From Lama glama (lineage: Eukaryota), in the NCBI GenBank assembly GCA_028534125.1, contig CM052817.1, forward strand, positions 37,388,001-37,452,000: DNA of 64,000 nucleotides, read 5' to 3'. The notes beneath the pieces are model-generated. The model searched no databases and was not told the origin of the DNA. It was given only the letters and a program-made list of their open reading frames with translations. The translations under genes and the position numbers were made by a program. Positions 52,175-64,000 of the stretch are shown here, one piece after another (the first letter of the stretch is position 1; each line of letters starts with the position of its first letter).

Positions 52175-52715
52175 TGTATCAGTCAGGACACAGAAACCAC
52201 ACTGATCAGAGAAAATTTGATGTTAAGAGTTGGTTATGAACTAACAAAAAGGTGGTTCAACTTTTCACAAAGTTAATACACCTGTTGAGAGAGGTAAAAG
52301 AAAACCATAGACTAGCAAATGTAAGCAGCACTCCTACGTCTAAGGTTTAGGGAGAATATCCAAGGGAGGAACAAACTTGAAACAGGTCCCATCTTCAAAG
52401 CAGAGATTCAGACCTCCTTGCAGTGCACAGCTGGGGTGCAGCCCGCAGCCCAGGGCTGGTCAGCTGGAAGCCCTCCTCTAGGGTGGTGATAAAATTTGCT
52501 GGAGAGTGAGTGCCCCCGGGTCCCCATAAGAGACATCACAGAAACAGGAAGATCCAGGAAGAAAAGCCACTGTTTCTGCCATGCCTTGAGGTGTCCCTCC
52601 AGTGCCCTCTGCTGATAAGGCTTAACATCATACCAGGTGGCAAAAGACAGTTGTTCACAGGTCCCACTCCAGGTGGCTTTGGAGCTGATAAACAATAAAC
52701 TGGTAACTGGCACAG
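52175..52715. mobile_element. Ancient LTR (LTR78/LTR79-like)
   Basis: tgtatcagtcagg...gtgtccctccagtgccctctgctgataaggcttaacatc...aactggcaca; homologous to 17085-17815. Confidence 0.6.
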
Positions 52716-53164
52716 TCCTCCTCCATTTTTTTCCCCTACTCAGTACTATCTTGTCAATATTCATCCATGTTCTATGTGTATAGTTATCGAATATTCTGCC
52801 CAGAGCACACTTCCTTGTTATCTTTTTCTTTCCCTGTTTTTGGGTTGTTTTTACAATTCCATAAGATGTAGAAAATGAGTAATAATGCAAACAGTTTTAG
52901 CCCATAGAAATGGAAATGAATTGTGTCCAGTGAAATATAATTGATTATTTTCTTATGGTTAGATCATCTTGTATCTTTTTGTAGATTCATTTTAGCATTC
53001 ATCGTTGCTTATATATGTGTGATTGTTTGAATTCTTTGATCTGCTTGTAACATCTTACTGGTTTCCTCATTAATGAGTGAGTTAAGTAAAACCTCTGACA
53101 CATATTCATTTTATATTTGTATTAGTTAAAATCTTAACTTTAGAAAAATTATACCTTAAATAAG

Positions 53165-53435
53165 CCAGTCCTAGAGTAGTCAAGGTCATAGAGGTTGAAA
53201 GAATACTGATTGCCTATGGCCTGGGGGAAGGGGGAGCATGGGGAGTTACTATTTAATGGGTACCAATTGTCAGTTTGGAAGGTGAAAAAGTTCAGGAGAT
53301 GGATGGTGGTGATGGTTGCACAAAAATGTGAATGTGCTTAATGCCAGTTAGCTGTACATTTAAAAATGGTTAAAGTGGTAAATTTTGTGTTATATATATT
53401 TTACCACAATTTTAAAAAATTAAAATTAAAAAAAT
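53165..53435 (+). mobile_element. L1MB-like 3' end
   Basis: ggagatggatggtggtgatggttgcacaaaaatgtgaatgtgcttaatgcc...tatattttaccacaat. Confidence 0.8.
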
Positions 53436-54280
53436 TATACTGTAACACTGGCTATATTAGTTACTTCTCAAATTCAGTCACAGTTCTACTAAATATTCTA
53501 TTGCCTAAAGACCACATACTAAATTGTAAAGTTAGTTGACAATAATTTGTATGGGGAATAATGGGAAAAAGAAGGAAACATTTAATATTTACAAATAAAC
53601 ACATGCACATAACAAGCAAAGAGAAAATATGCAAAGCTGTTACTGTCCTTGTTTCTGTAACTGGTCATGAGCCACAGTTGACCCCCATCTTTCTTCACCT
53701 ATTCCTCATTCCTTTTGCTCTCGGCTGGAAGCCTAGGTGGTCAGTTCCTAATAGAGCGACCTAATTTTCATTCTGGAAGCGTATCAGTCTTTGATATTCC
53801 TGCCTTTTTTTCGTTACATTTCCTTAATTAGTACTTCCTATTGGGCATGGAAGTACTGAGGGATGCCCCAGGAAATGCCCTGGGTTCCAAATATAGACCT
53901 ACTGGTACTCATGGGCTAGCTGCAATCTAAGTTTCTCCTTGTAGTTGGGATCAATCGCTGTATCAGTACAGAGACCCTTTTCACTACCTGTTACTTTGTG
54001 GCATAGTAAGTCCAAGATGGCCAGGTAGCAGCCTCATCTTCCCATTCGGTGCACTCATTGTTGTGTCCCCTGGTGGAAGAGTTTCTCCCTTGGGAACAAA
54101 GACCTTTAAAGCAGCAAATCTCAGAGTTGCCAGGGCGGGAAGCAAAAATCTGTGAGTGGGTTATTTGATACAGTAGAGAGAGATGCCACTCCTATTTACA
54201 CCCCTTGGTTCTGAATCCATGTGTTCTGGGATGTGGAGACGATACCACAACATAATAGTCTCTGATTCAAAGCACATGCA

Positions 54281-54338
54281 ACCCTAATTACTTCCCCCTG
54301 CAAAAAAATTAATTAATTAATTAATTAAATAAGTGAAA
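54281..54338 (+). mobile_element. Severely 5'-truncated camelid SINE (tail only)
   Basis: cctaattacttcccc plus an A-rich tail, between 12-bp TSD aaagcacatgca (54269-54280, 54339-54350). Confidence 0.8.
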
Positions 54339-54534
54339 AAAGCACATGCAGCATCTTGCAAGACAGAACCTGTCTTTAAAGGTGTTTTCTCACAACTGGC
54401 ACCATCACTGAGTTTTCAGTAAGCAATTCCACCTTTACAGCAACCACTTCTAGATGATGGAGTGTGGTAAGACCAGTTTATTCTATAGGTGTCAGTTCAC
54501 TACTGTGTTTCTATGGCTGTGGAATGAATTTTCT

Positions 54535-54640
54535 AATTAGGTTTATTTATTTATTTATTTTTAGTGGAGTTACTGGGAATTGAACCTAGGACCTCGGGCA
54601 TGCTAAGCACATGCTCTACCACTGAGCTACACCCTCCCCT
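54535..54640 (-). mobile_element. Camelid tRNA-derived SINE
   Basis: Consensus in reverse; imperfect TSD tg(g/a)aatga(a/g)tt. Confidence 0.9.
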
Positions 54641-55332
54641 TGAAATGAGTTTCTTGATCAGAAACAATGCCCTGTGGGATACCATGATGGTGGATAGGGC
54701 ATTCTGTGACTCTATTGATGGATGTCCTGGCAGAATGATTATGGGTAGAGAAGGCATTTGTAACCAGAATATGTGTCTATTCTAATGAGGATGTTTTTTC
54801 TGTCCTCTCAACAATGGAGAAGTTCCAATGTAATCGGCCTGCTGCTGATCAGGGTGGCTGCTGATCACCCTGAGCAATGGTGCCTTATCAGGGGGCCAGT
54901 GATGGTCTCTGCTGTTGGCAGATAAGGCACTCAGCAGTAGCATTAGCCAGACCAGCCTTGGTAAGGAGAAGTCCATGTTGTGGACTCCATGGCTAGCCTC
55001 CATCCCTGACATGACCATTTTGTTCATGGGCCACTGAGGAAGCATTGCCATGTCTGCAGAAAGAGGTTGTTTGACATCCACAGAGCATGTCATTTGTCCT
55101 CTGGATTATTAACAGCCTCCTTTGCAGTGATCTCCTTTGGGGAGCATTCACTTAGGTAGACACAAATATCTTTATGATCTGTCCTTTACAAGAAGACCAT
55201 CAACATTCCTCTTCTCCATATGTCTTTGTCACCAACCTTTCAATCTGTTTCTTTTCCTAACTATCCAAACAGTTAGCAACCACACATGAATTAGTGTACA
55301 TACATCTGTCTTCTCACATCAGACAAAGCAGA

Positions 55333-55777
55333 TATGTTAGCTTCCTAGGGCTGCCAAAACAAATGACCACAAATCAGGTGGCTGGGAATAACAGAAGTTT
55401 ATAGTCTCATAGCTCTGGAGGCTAGGAGTCTGAAAACAAAGTGTCAGAGGGCTATACTCTCTCTGAAGGTTCGGGGGAGGATTATGTCTCACCTCTTCCT
55501 AGCTTCTGGTGTCTGCTGGAAATCCTTGGTGTTCCTCGACTCGTAGATGTATCACTCCAGTCTCTGCCTCTGTCATCACGTGGCAATTTCCCTGTGTATC
55601 ACATCTAAATGTCCCTCTTGTAAGGACACCAGTCATTGGGTTAGGGCCCACCTTAATCCAATAGGACCTCATCCTAACTTGATTACATCTGCAAAGATGC
55701 TGTTCCCAAGTAAGGCCACGTTCACAGGTTCTGGGTAGACGTGCATTTTGGGGGAGAACACTATTCAGCCTAGTACA
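55333..55777 (-). mobile_element. MaLR solo LTR (MLT1A/B/C-like)
   Basis: tagcttcctagggctgcc...ctggaggctaggagtctgaa...attacatctgcaaagatgctgttcccaagtaaggccacgttcacagg...; 5-bp TSD GCAGA. Confidence 0.85.
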
Positions 55778-55899
55778 GCAGACAGTCCTGCTGGGAGGAT
55801 TTTCCTTCACCACTGTCCCTTAGAGTCATTTCTGGGAGGGGCTTTGTCTGAGCACATTACCATGAAGTTAAAATTTAATTACAACAGGATAGATGCAAT

Positions 55900-57730
55900 T
55901 TTACATATTTGAAACTTATGTATTACTGAATAACCTTCATGTTAAAAAAGAAAATGCAAAGTAAATTAATACTTGGAAATAAATAGCAATGAAAATAATA
56001 CACGTAAGTATATATATTTATTAAGAAATAAGATAGCTTTAAAATGAAGCAGCTAAGCATTTAACTAGGGTATTTGAATAAAAGTAATATCCAAGGAAAC
56101 AAAAAGGAAGCAAAAAATAAAAATAAATAATACAAATAAAGGGAAGAAATAAAAGTAACAATATTTTTTAAAAGACAGAAAATATTAAAGAAATATTAAA
56201 TGAGAGGCAAGTCCATGGCAAAACTGATGAAGAGAGAGATATAGAAACCACAATAAATAATAATATGAAACAATGGAATTAACTACAGTCTCAACAGAAA
56301 TTAAAACTTAGCAAAACAGTATTATGAATAATATAATATGAAAATAAATATGAAAACCTAAATGAAATGGATAAAACTGAAGAAGAAACACAAAACTGTA
56401 AAAATACTGCAAGGAGAAAAAAACTTGACTCAATCAATAAATATTAAACAAAACAAAATAAAACCTCCAGGCCTAAATGTTTATACAGAAAATTTCTACC
56501 CAAGTTTTAAGGTATAATTAATGTGTAGTTTATTCTCATCAGCAAACATAAAAGCAAATGGAGAAATCTTAAATATATTCCTTGAGATCAGGAAAAGGAA
56601 AAGAGTGTTCAATATTCCTGGTGACATTTAGTATAGAATTACTGGTCTTGACCAATGCTATTAGGAAATTTTGTAAAAGGTGAAGGGATATAAGAGAAAA
56701 GACTAAAATGTCATTTTTCCAGATAATATGATTATCTATAGAGAACAACCAACAGAAACAAATCATAAACTTATTAGAATAGGAAAGTTGAATAATATTT
56801 TTGATACCAGCACAACAGACACAAATTAATTGCTTTTCTCTACAGCAGCAATAATGAACTAGACAACGCAAGTTAAGGAAAGATATCATTTAAAATAGCA
56901 GCAATACATCTATGAAGAAAAATGTAAAACTGCAGTAGAGGACACAGAGGATGACCGGAACAAGCGAGAGGACATTTCATGCTTTGGGGTGAGATAACAA
57001 TATCACAGATATTAATGTTCCCCAATTAGTCTATAAATCCAATATAAACCCAATCAAAATTGTAGTTGAAAATTTTAAGGAACTTGATAAACTCACAGGG
57101 AGGAGTAAAAATTTGTAAATACCCCCTCTCCCATCACGCACTGCACGTTCGTGGGGAACCTGGCACTAAACCATTCCTAGACTACCTGCTTCTGGGCTGG
57201 GGTTTCCTACATAGCAGAGCATCTCCCTCAGCCCTTGACACAAGGGTTTGAAAAAGAAAAAGAAAAAAAAAAGAAAAAGAAGAAGGGGAAGGGGAAGGAG
57301 GAGAAGAAGAAGAAGGGGAAGGGGAAGGAGAAAAAGAAGAAGGGGAAGGAGAAGAAGAAGAAAGAAAAAAAGTCAATTTAAAAAATATTTTAAAAATTAA
57401 AAAGGAAAAAAATTAAAGTAAAAAAGAAAAAAACAAAACAAAACAAAAAAGAAACAACAAGGTTCGTAAATAGCTAAGTCAACTTTGGAAAAGTAGAATA
57501 CACAGTAGGTTTTGCCCCATCAGATATTAGGGCATATTACAAAGCTATAGTAATAAATACTGGGTATTGTCGGCGTTGGAATAGACAGACAGATAAATGG
57601 GCAACTAGACCACCATGTGGACACAATAAAACTGGATTCCTTCTTAATACTATGTACAAGGGTAAACTACAGATGATTTACAAGCTTAAATGTGAAAGAC
57701 AAAACTGTATATTAATGGAAGAATATGTAG
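55900..57730 (+). mobile_element. Old L1 ORF2 fragments
   Basis: A-rich decayed ORF2, including ttccttgagatcagga and tttttccagataatatgattatctata (FADDMI-like RT motif). Confidence 0.7.
57122..57250 (+). pseudogene. Retroposed 28S rRNA 3'-terminal fragment (SINE28-like) with an A-rich tail to ~57458
   Basis: gcacgttcgtggggaacctggcactaaaccattcctagactacctgcttctggg...gcagagc...tcagcccttgacacaagggtttg matches the recalled mammalian 28S 3' end and is followed directly by an A-rich tail. Confidence 0.9.
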
Positions 57731-58937
57731 GGGAATTTTATTTTTTGAGCAGGGAACTTGGAGGGTGACAGCTAAACATAAACAGTGACGGTGAGGATGA
57801 ATGGTCAGACGGAAGCTATTAAGGAACTTACCACTGACAGACTCCTTATCCTTCCCTTCCCACGTTTAGAGGAGACAGGTGAAGGGGTATAAAATGCACA
57901 CACATTGCTATATATTATGTAGTTACGTGTCAGATTTGTGGCACAGTGCTATAAAGGGGACAAAATTTGGAGCCAAAACTCAAGTTTAAGTCATGGCTCT
58001 TTCACTTACTAAGTGTGACCATGAGCCTTAGTTTTCTTATCTCCATAGAGTGCATGGTCAGAAAAGATAAAACTTGCAATATACAGTATGAATGTAGTGC
58101 CCAGCACCACCTCCCCCCCCCCCTTTTTTTTTACTAGCACATCCTCCTTCCTGTTACAGTTGATCTTTGGTCTATGTATCTGGGAGTCTGCTTTCTCACT
58201 TGCTGTAGATAGGCCAGTTCAAACAGGATTAAACAAAACAAAACAAGAAGAGAAAAGGGGAATTACTAGCTCTTGTAAATGTCAAGTCCATGAGTAAATC
58301 TAACTTCTGGCAGGGCTGAATTCAGGTGCTCAAACATGTTTCAGAAGGTTTTCCCTCTCCATCTCTTGGCTCCATCCATCATAGGTCTGGTGTGCCCTGT
58401 CTGGTGTTCCCAGCAGTTTCATGATATTATCTTCACAGTTTCAAGAAGAGCCTCTTTTCTGTAAATTCTCACAGAAGTCCTGGGATACATAAGCTGCTTG
58501 GGTTAATGTGTTTTCTTTTTCATCCTTGACCCGATCGCTGCAGCCAGGCAAGCAGCACTTGTTTTGATTAGCTTAAGTCAGTATCACGTGGCCATTCTTA
58601 GAATTTAGAATGGAGTCAGGTGCACCCAAACTATGAGTACTAAATGTAGGTTGGGGTAGTTTCCCAAGGAAACACAGGCTTCTGTAATAAAAGAGGAGAG
58701 GAGGAGGTGCTTGGCAAAGAAAAATAAGATATTTATTGTAATATCGCTTCTCTTTCCTTTGTCTTTGTTGTTCATTTTGACAAGAGAACCAGAAACCTGG
58801 TGATTAGCCCTCAGGGAGGAACTTAACTTGAATTCAAGGATGGCTGAGTACATAAGACACCAGGTTGTGTAGAAGAGTAACTTGGAAACTGGTAAAGCCA
58901 CTTCCTTGCCTCCTTATTACACAATCAGAGGACTTAA

Positions 58938-60485
58938 AATTTTTTTATTGAGATACAGTTTATAACATACAATTCACCCATTTACAATGCACAATTCAAT
59001 AGTTTTTTGTAATTCAGAGTTGTGCCACCATCATCACGATCAATTTTAGAACATTTCATCATCTATGTACCCTTTAGGAATCACTTCTCCCCTTAATTCC
59101 CCCATCTCCACCAGCCTTAGGCAGCCATTAATTTACTTTTTGCCTCTATAGATTTTCCTATTCTGGATATTTAACATAAATGGAATAATGTAACATGTGA
59201 TCTTTTGTGACAGTATCATTCACTTAGCACAATATTTTCAAGGTTCATCTGTATTGTAGGACATATCAGTACTTCATTACATTTTATGGCTGAATAATAT
59301 TCCATTGTGTAGATATACCACATTTTAAAAAGTCCCATTCATTAGTTTATGGACATGTGTGTTATTTCCACCTTTGGGAGTTGTTTTTAAGTGAAAATAA
59401 GTTTTCATTTCTAAGGGTAGACTTTCTGGGTCAAATGGTAACATTTTGATTAATTTTTTGAGGAACTGCCAGACTGTTTTCAGCAAGGGTGTATAAAGGT
59501 TCCAACTTCTCTACATCCTAGACAGATCTTTTTATCACCTGTCCTTTTAAAAATTACAGCCATGTAAGTAAATGTTAGGTAGTATCTTGTGGTTTTGATT
59601 TGTATTTCCTTAATGGCTAATGATGTTGAGCATCCTTTCATGTACTTTACTGGCCATTTGTATATCTTCATTGGAAGAAGGTCTTTGTGGATATATATAT
59701 AATTTTCAATAATTTTTTCCCATTCTGTGGGTTGTCTTCTCATTTTCTTGACAGTGTCATTTGAAGTACAAATATAAAATTTTTTTTTCTTCTTTTTTTT
59801 TTNNNNNNNNNNNNNNNNNNNNNNNNNNNNNNNNNNNNNNNNNNNNNNNNNNNNNNNNNNNNNNNNNNNNNNNNNNNNNNNNNNNNNNNNNNNNNNNNNN
59901 NNNNNNNNNNNNNNNNNNNNNNNNNNNNNNNNNNNNNNNNNNNNNNNNNNNNNNNNNNNNNNNNNNNNNNNNNNNNNNNNNNNNNNNNNNNNNNNNNNNN
60001 NNNNNNNNNNNNNNNNNNNNNNNNNNNNNNNNNNNNNNNNNNNNNNNNNNNNNNNNNNNNNNNNNNNNNNNNNNNNNNNNNNNNNNNNNNNNNNNNNNNN
60101 NNNNNNNNNNNNNNNNNNNNNNNNNNNNNNNNNNNNNNNNNNNNNNNNNNNNNNNNNNNNNNNNNNNNNNNNNNNNNNNNNNNNNNNNNNNNNNNNNNNN
60201 NNNNNNNNNNNNNNNNNNNNNNNNNNNNNNNNNNNNNNNNNNNNNNNNNNNNNNNNNNNNNNNNNNNNNNNNNNNNNNNNNNNNNNNNNNNNNNNNNNNN
60301 NNAGTGGCTGCACCAAACTGCATTCCCACCAGCAGTGTAGGAGTGTTCCCCTTTGTGGATATATATATAATTTTCAATAATTTTTTCCCATTCTGTGGGT
60401 TGTCTTCTCATTTTCTTGACAGTGTCATTTGAAGTACAAATATAAAATTTTGATGAAGTCCAATTTATCTATTTTTTTTTATTGC
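58938..60485 (-). mobile_element. Older L1 (3'UTR and ORF2 end) containing a younger L1 across the gap
   Basis: ttttttattgagatacagtttataacatacaattcaccc...; minus-strand translation MRRQPTEWEKI...; younger piece at 60303-60350. Confidence 0.85.
59803..60302. other. Assembly gap (500 N)
   Basis: Direct reading. Confidence 1.
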
Positions 60486-63400
60486 CTGATTTTTTAAAAA
60501 TGCCACCCTTGCTGCTTCTAAACCTGGTACTTTCTACAAAAGCTTATCTCGGTTTATTTTATATATAAGCTCTCACAAACACTTTAGGCAAATCCTAAGA
60601 ATGTTATTTTAAAAATATGACTCACCAGCACAGGACAGCAGAGCCTGAATAAGGTGAGGAGGACATCCATCTGGAAGTGGCCAGATGTGAGGTGAAGGCT
60701 CAGAACCTACATAGGGCTAGGAGGACATCCATGCATGAGGAAGGCCCAGCTCTGGGTGCTGGAGCCCAGAAAAGGGAGGAAAGCATCCACGCAAAGGAGC
60801 AGCCTGGCGTGGGGAATCAGAACTTGACTGAGCTGTGAGTTCACGCAGGGGACAGCTCGGCGCATGTGAGAGGAGAAGGAGAGAGAAGGCTCTCACACAG
60901 GGCGTGGGGTGGCCTGGCATCGAGTACTGGAACACAAGTGAGATGAGAAGGATTTCTGCATGAGGAAGAGGACGGCGTTGGTGATGGGAGATTGATTATA
61001 TTCAGGAAGAATTATCAAATATCAAGGATAATGAGGGCCAAGTTTCTCACTACTGGAGAAAGGACTAAAAGTATAGAAAGGAAGAAAAGTATAGAATGAA
61101 CCTTATGGTGGTGAATTAGAATTGGAGGTATTGGTGAGAACTCATGGTTTTTAATATTTAGAGATATAGAAATAAAGATGTAATTAGGTATATATACACT
61201 TTCACATATGTATTCTTATATACATGTTCATACATACATAAATACATACATACACTCGTGTTGATTAGATCTGTCCTCTGAAAGAACCCGGAAGCAGTGA
61301 CATCTCAATAGCAATGAGCGACACTTGTACCCAGATATTGGTTTCTAAATACCGTCTGAGAGCAGGCAAAGCAGCTGGCTTGTAGATGAAGGCAGAAACC
61401 CGTTCATTCCAGGACGGCAGAGAGTGAAGTCACTTACAGTGAGAGGCCAGGCGCCTGCAGTGGTTTGGGGACCAAGCTTTGGGTCCACACAAAGAGAGAG
61501 GAGGATCCTGGCCCTGGATTTGCAAAGTGATGTATCGGCATCAGGTTCTTAACATTTCTGAGCTGCAGCTCCTCATCTATAAATAGGATAGCATAAGGGT
61601 AGGAAGGGACGATGTGAGTGAAATGCCTGGCATGCTGTGAGCACTCAGCATTCTCGCTGGGAACACCGGAAAGGCATATTGTAGCTGCAAAAGTCAATCA
61701 AAGACATAAACAAAAAAGCAGAAACTCTGTGAAAACTTTCCAAAATCTTCACCTAAGTTCAGGCCAGGAAACGGGTGCAGTTCCAGGGGCTTTCCAGTCC
61801 CGTATACCAGCCTTGAAATTAGTACGTATAATTGCTATTAATCCTTTCATGTTAATTAAGCCTATTAATACAACTTGTCACAGGGCACCTCACCGGTGTG
61901 GTGGAGAGCCCCAAGAGCGGGGAGTTGGACGGGGGTGGGATGGGAGGAGTCATGCCAATTTGATTTCATTCCACGAAACTAATGCGCTGGGGAAATTCCT
62001 GTGAAAACAGGCTGCCACTGGGATCTCACCACTGCTCAAATCAGAGTCTTCTCAGTTTCCTGCCTCTCCCAGCAGTGCTTACATCCAGTGAGTCATCAAG
62101 ACTTCCTTCCCAATTTCCCCACAGCTGTCCTGTTTCTCTTCACCTCCACTCTTTGGTTCCAGCCCTCAGCTCTGACTTACGCTGTGCAAAACTTTCTAAC
62201 TGGTCTTCCTGCCCCTAGTTCTGATGTTCCCCAAACCATTCTCTTTCCCCCCATGTAATGATTTCCTTTTTTCCAAGGATTAATCGGATCATGTCACACC
62301 CACATGGAAACTCCCCAAATCCTATTTCTTCCAGAATAAATGTTGCACTTCTTAGATATCATTCAAGGCCCTCCTTCCATACAATCAGCTAAAACCAAGG
62401 TCCTCCCTGTCTGTTCTTCATGATGTTTTCACATTTCCACCTCAACTCTACCTATCTTCCTTCCTTTTCCTTTTTGCAATGACAATTCCTTTTTATATCC
62501 TGCTGTCAAATATCTTTAATCACAGTTTAAAGTGCCCATAGGAAAACAAAGAGTCTAAGAGAATGTGATGTAAGCACAGGTACCTGCCCCTGCCCATCAC
62601 AATCTCCCCTTCCTCAGGGTTTGCAGCTTTTACTCTTGTTGGTTTTTTTTCATGCTTCTTCCATATCGCTAAATAAAATGCTTATGTTGCTACTCCATTT
62701 TAAAATTTAAACTTTCTATTTCAGAAAATTTTGCTCTTTTACACACACACACTCTCACCCTTCCTGACCACACATTTTGCCAGTAAAATCATATTACAAT
62801 TTTGCAGAAATAAATATTCATGTAAATGATAATCCAAGTTGAGATGTAGGATATTATGACAACTTTTCCTTTTCTGCTTAATTTCTCCCTTTCCTCAGTC
62901 TTCTGTCAGTTCTGTAAAACTCCTCCCACTATATTCAGAGGCATCACTTTTCTTTTTGGTTTGTTTTAAATCATTTCATCTCCTTGTGCTTTGCCTTTTA
63001 CAGAAGTGCACTCAAAGTTTGTCTGCAGGTCTCTCGATTTATTGGCCTGTCATGCAGTGAGCAAAAAAGAGCTTGGACTTGGTAGCATGTTGATCTTAGG
63101 CCTTTGTTACAGGCCATTCGTGATGGTCTCTGGGAAGGAATCAATAAGATGAAGTGGCCAGTTTCACTAGGGGTGGCTCATTCACATCCACATTCCCCGG
63201 AAAAACATGGACCCTGAATTATCAAATTCAATAGTCTGTGAATGAGCATCAGGGAGGTGCAGAGGGGAAACTCTGACATGACTCATCAGGCTTATTATGT
63301 TCGGGGTGCTCGTTGGTAGATAGGCCACAGTGGCTTATAGGAAAGAATGCTCTACCACCTGACCGTGAACAGAGCAGGGACATTTAAGGGACTGGGTTTT

Positions 63401-63884
63401 TCATGGGAGGAGAGTTACAGGTCACTAGGGACTGATTATCCAGGAGAAATAATGCAGGGGGCAAGTTGGTCACTTTCTCCATTGGATGGCAATAGCGGTT
63501 GTATATATTTATGTTCAGAGAAAAAATTAGTCTTATTCTTGGAAACTGAAGAGAGTCCATTTATCTTGAGAGGCAAGTTTAATCAGAAGAAGCAGAATGG
63601 CATGTGTATGTGTATGATTCACGTAAAACTACTGCTATCAGCTTTTGCTACTGTGGTATCCAGAATGTATCATACGGCTCCTGCTTTAATTAATAACATT
63701 TAATCAATTTTGTCACCCCCCCAAAAAAGTTTGTCTACAGCTATTATCCTGGGACCTCTGTTCGCTTCTCGTGATGGAGGGCTTGTCTAGTAGATCACAT
63801 GTCACCTTCTTTTTTGGTTTACTCCCTCCTTTTGGAAAAGCACATTATTTTTCATTTCCTAGAGAGAATTCATATAGGTATATA

Positions 63885-64000
63885 TTTTTTAAACAATTGA
63901 TTTTTGGGGTGGGGGGGTAATTAGTTTATTTATTTATTTTTAAATGGAATTACTGGGGATTGAACCCAGGTCCTCATGTGTGCTAAGGATGCGCTCTACC
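63885..64000 (-). mobile_element. Camelid tRNA-derived SINE (cut by the window end)
   Basis: tactggggattgaacccaggtcctcatgtgtgctaaggatgcgctctacc. Confidence 0.88.

Larger units (their letters stand above)
53600..55860 (-). mobile_element. Decayed ERVL-like internal pol region (integrase), interrupted by SINEs and an MLT1 LTR
   Basis: Minus-strand translation across frameshifts at ~55090-54810 gives MTCSVDVKQPLS...QW/AHEQNGH...QHGLLLTKAGLANATAECLICQQQRP...GTIAQGDQ...QADYIG, the HHCC zinc finger and core start of ERVL integrase. Confidence 0.8.

Noticed and set aside
54782..55093. Domesticated retroviral gene
   Set aside because: Integrase similarity is broken by frameshifts, stop codons and nested insertions.
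57122..57250. Functional rRNA gene
   Set aside because: Only a short, mutated, internally deleted 3' fragment with a retroposition tail.
59480..60432. Longest ORFs in the track (206-278 aa)
   Set aside because: They run through the N gap, and the flanks are L1 remnants.
4905..64000. tRNA genes
   Set aside because: All tRNA-like A/B-box sequences have SINE bodies, A-rich tails and usually TSDs, so they are SINE heads.
42100..64000. Coding exons of the neighbouring gene expected upstream of AFF1 (C4orf36 in human)
   Set aside because: I could not recognise any such exon, and the region is mostly explained by repeats.

Overview
Mammalian genomic DNA, very likely camelid (about 14 copies of a tRNA-derived Vic-1-like SINE). 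The window holds the 5' end of AFF1 (AF4) on the minus strand: a CpG-island promoter with non-coding exon 1 (donor at 41206), an ~11.5-kb intron 1, and a 74-nt exon 2 (29718-29645) encoding MAFTERVNSSGN(S). The long intron 2 then runs off the window start. The rest is intronic or upstream DNA dense in SINE, L1, L2, MIR, LTR/ERV and DNA-transposon fossils, with a 500-N assembly gap. None of the listed ORFs looks like a real protein gene. The notable observations are an in-frame uORF at the start of AFF1 exon 2, two intact solo LTRs upstream of and co-oriented with AFF1 (one with an NF-Y/octamer array), a retroposed 28S rRNA 3'-end fragment, an L1 insertion apparently flanked by a 101-bp duplication, and several nested or atypical retrotransposition events. 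I see no evidence for a novel multi-gene system. Gene and repeat-family names come from recalled consensus sequences, not from database searches.
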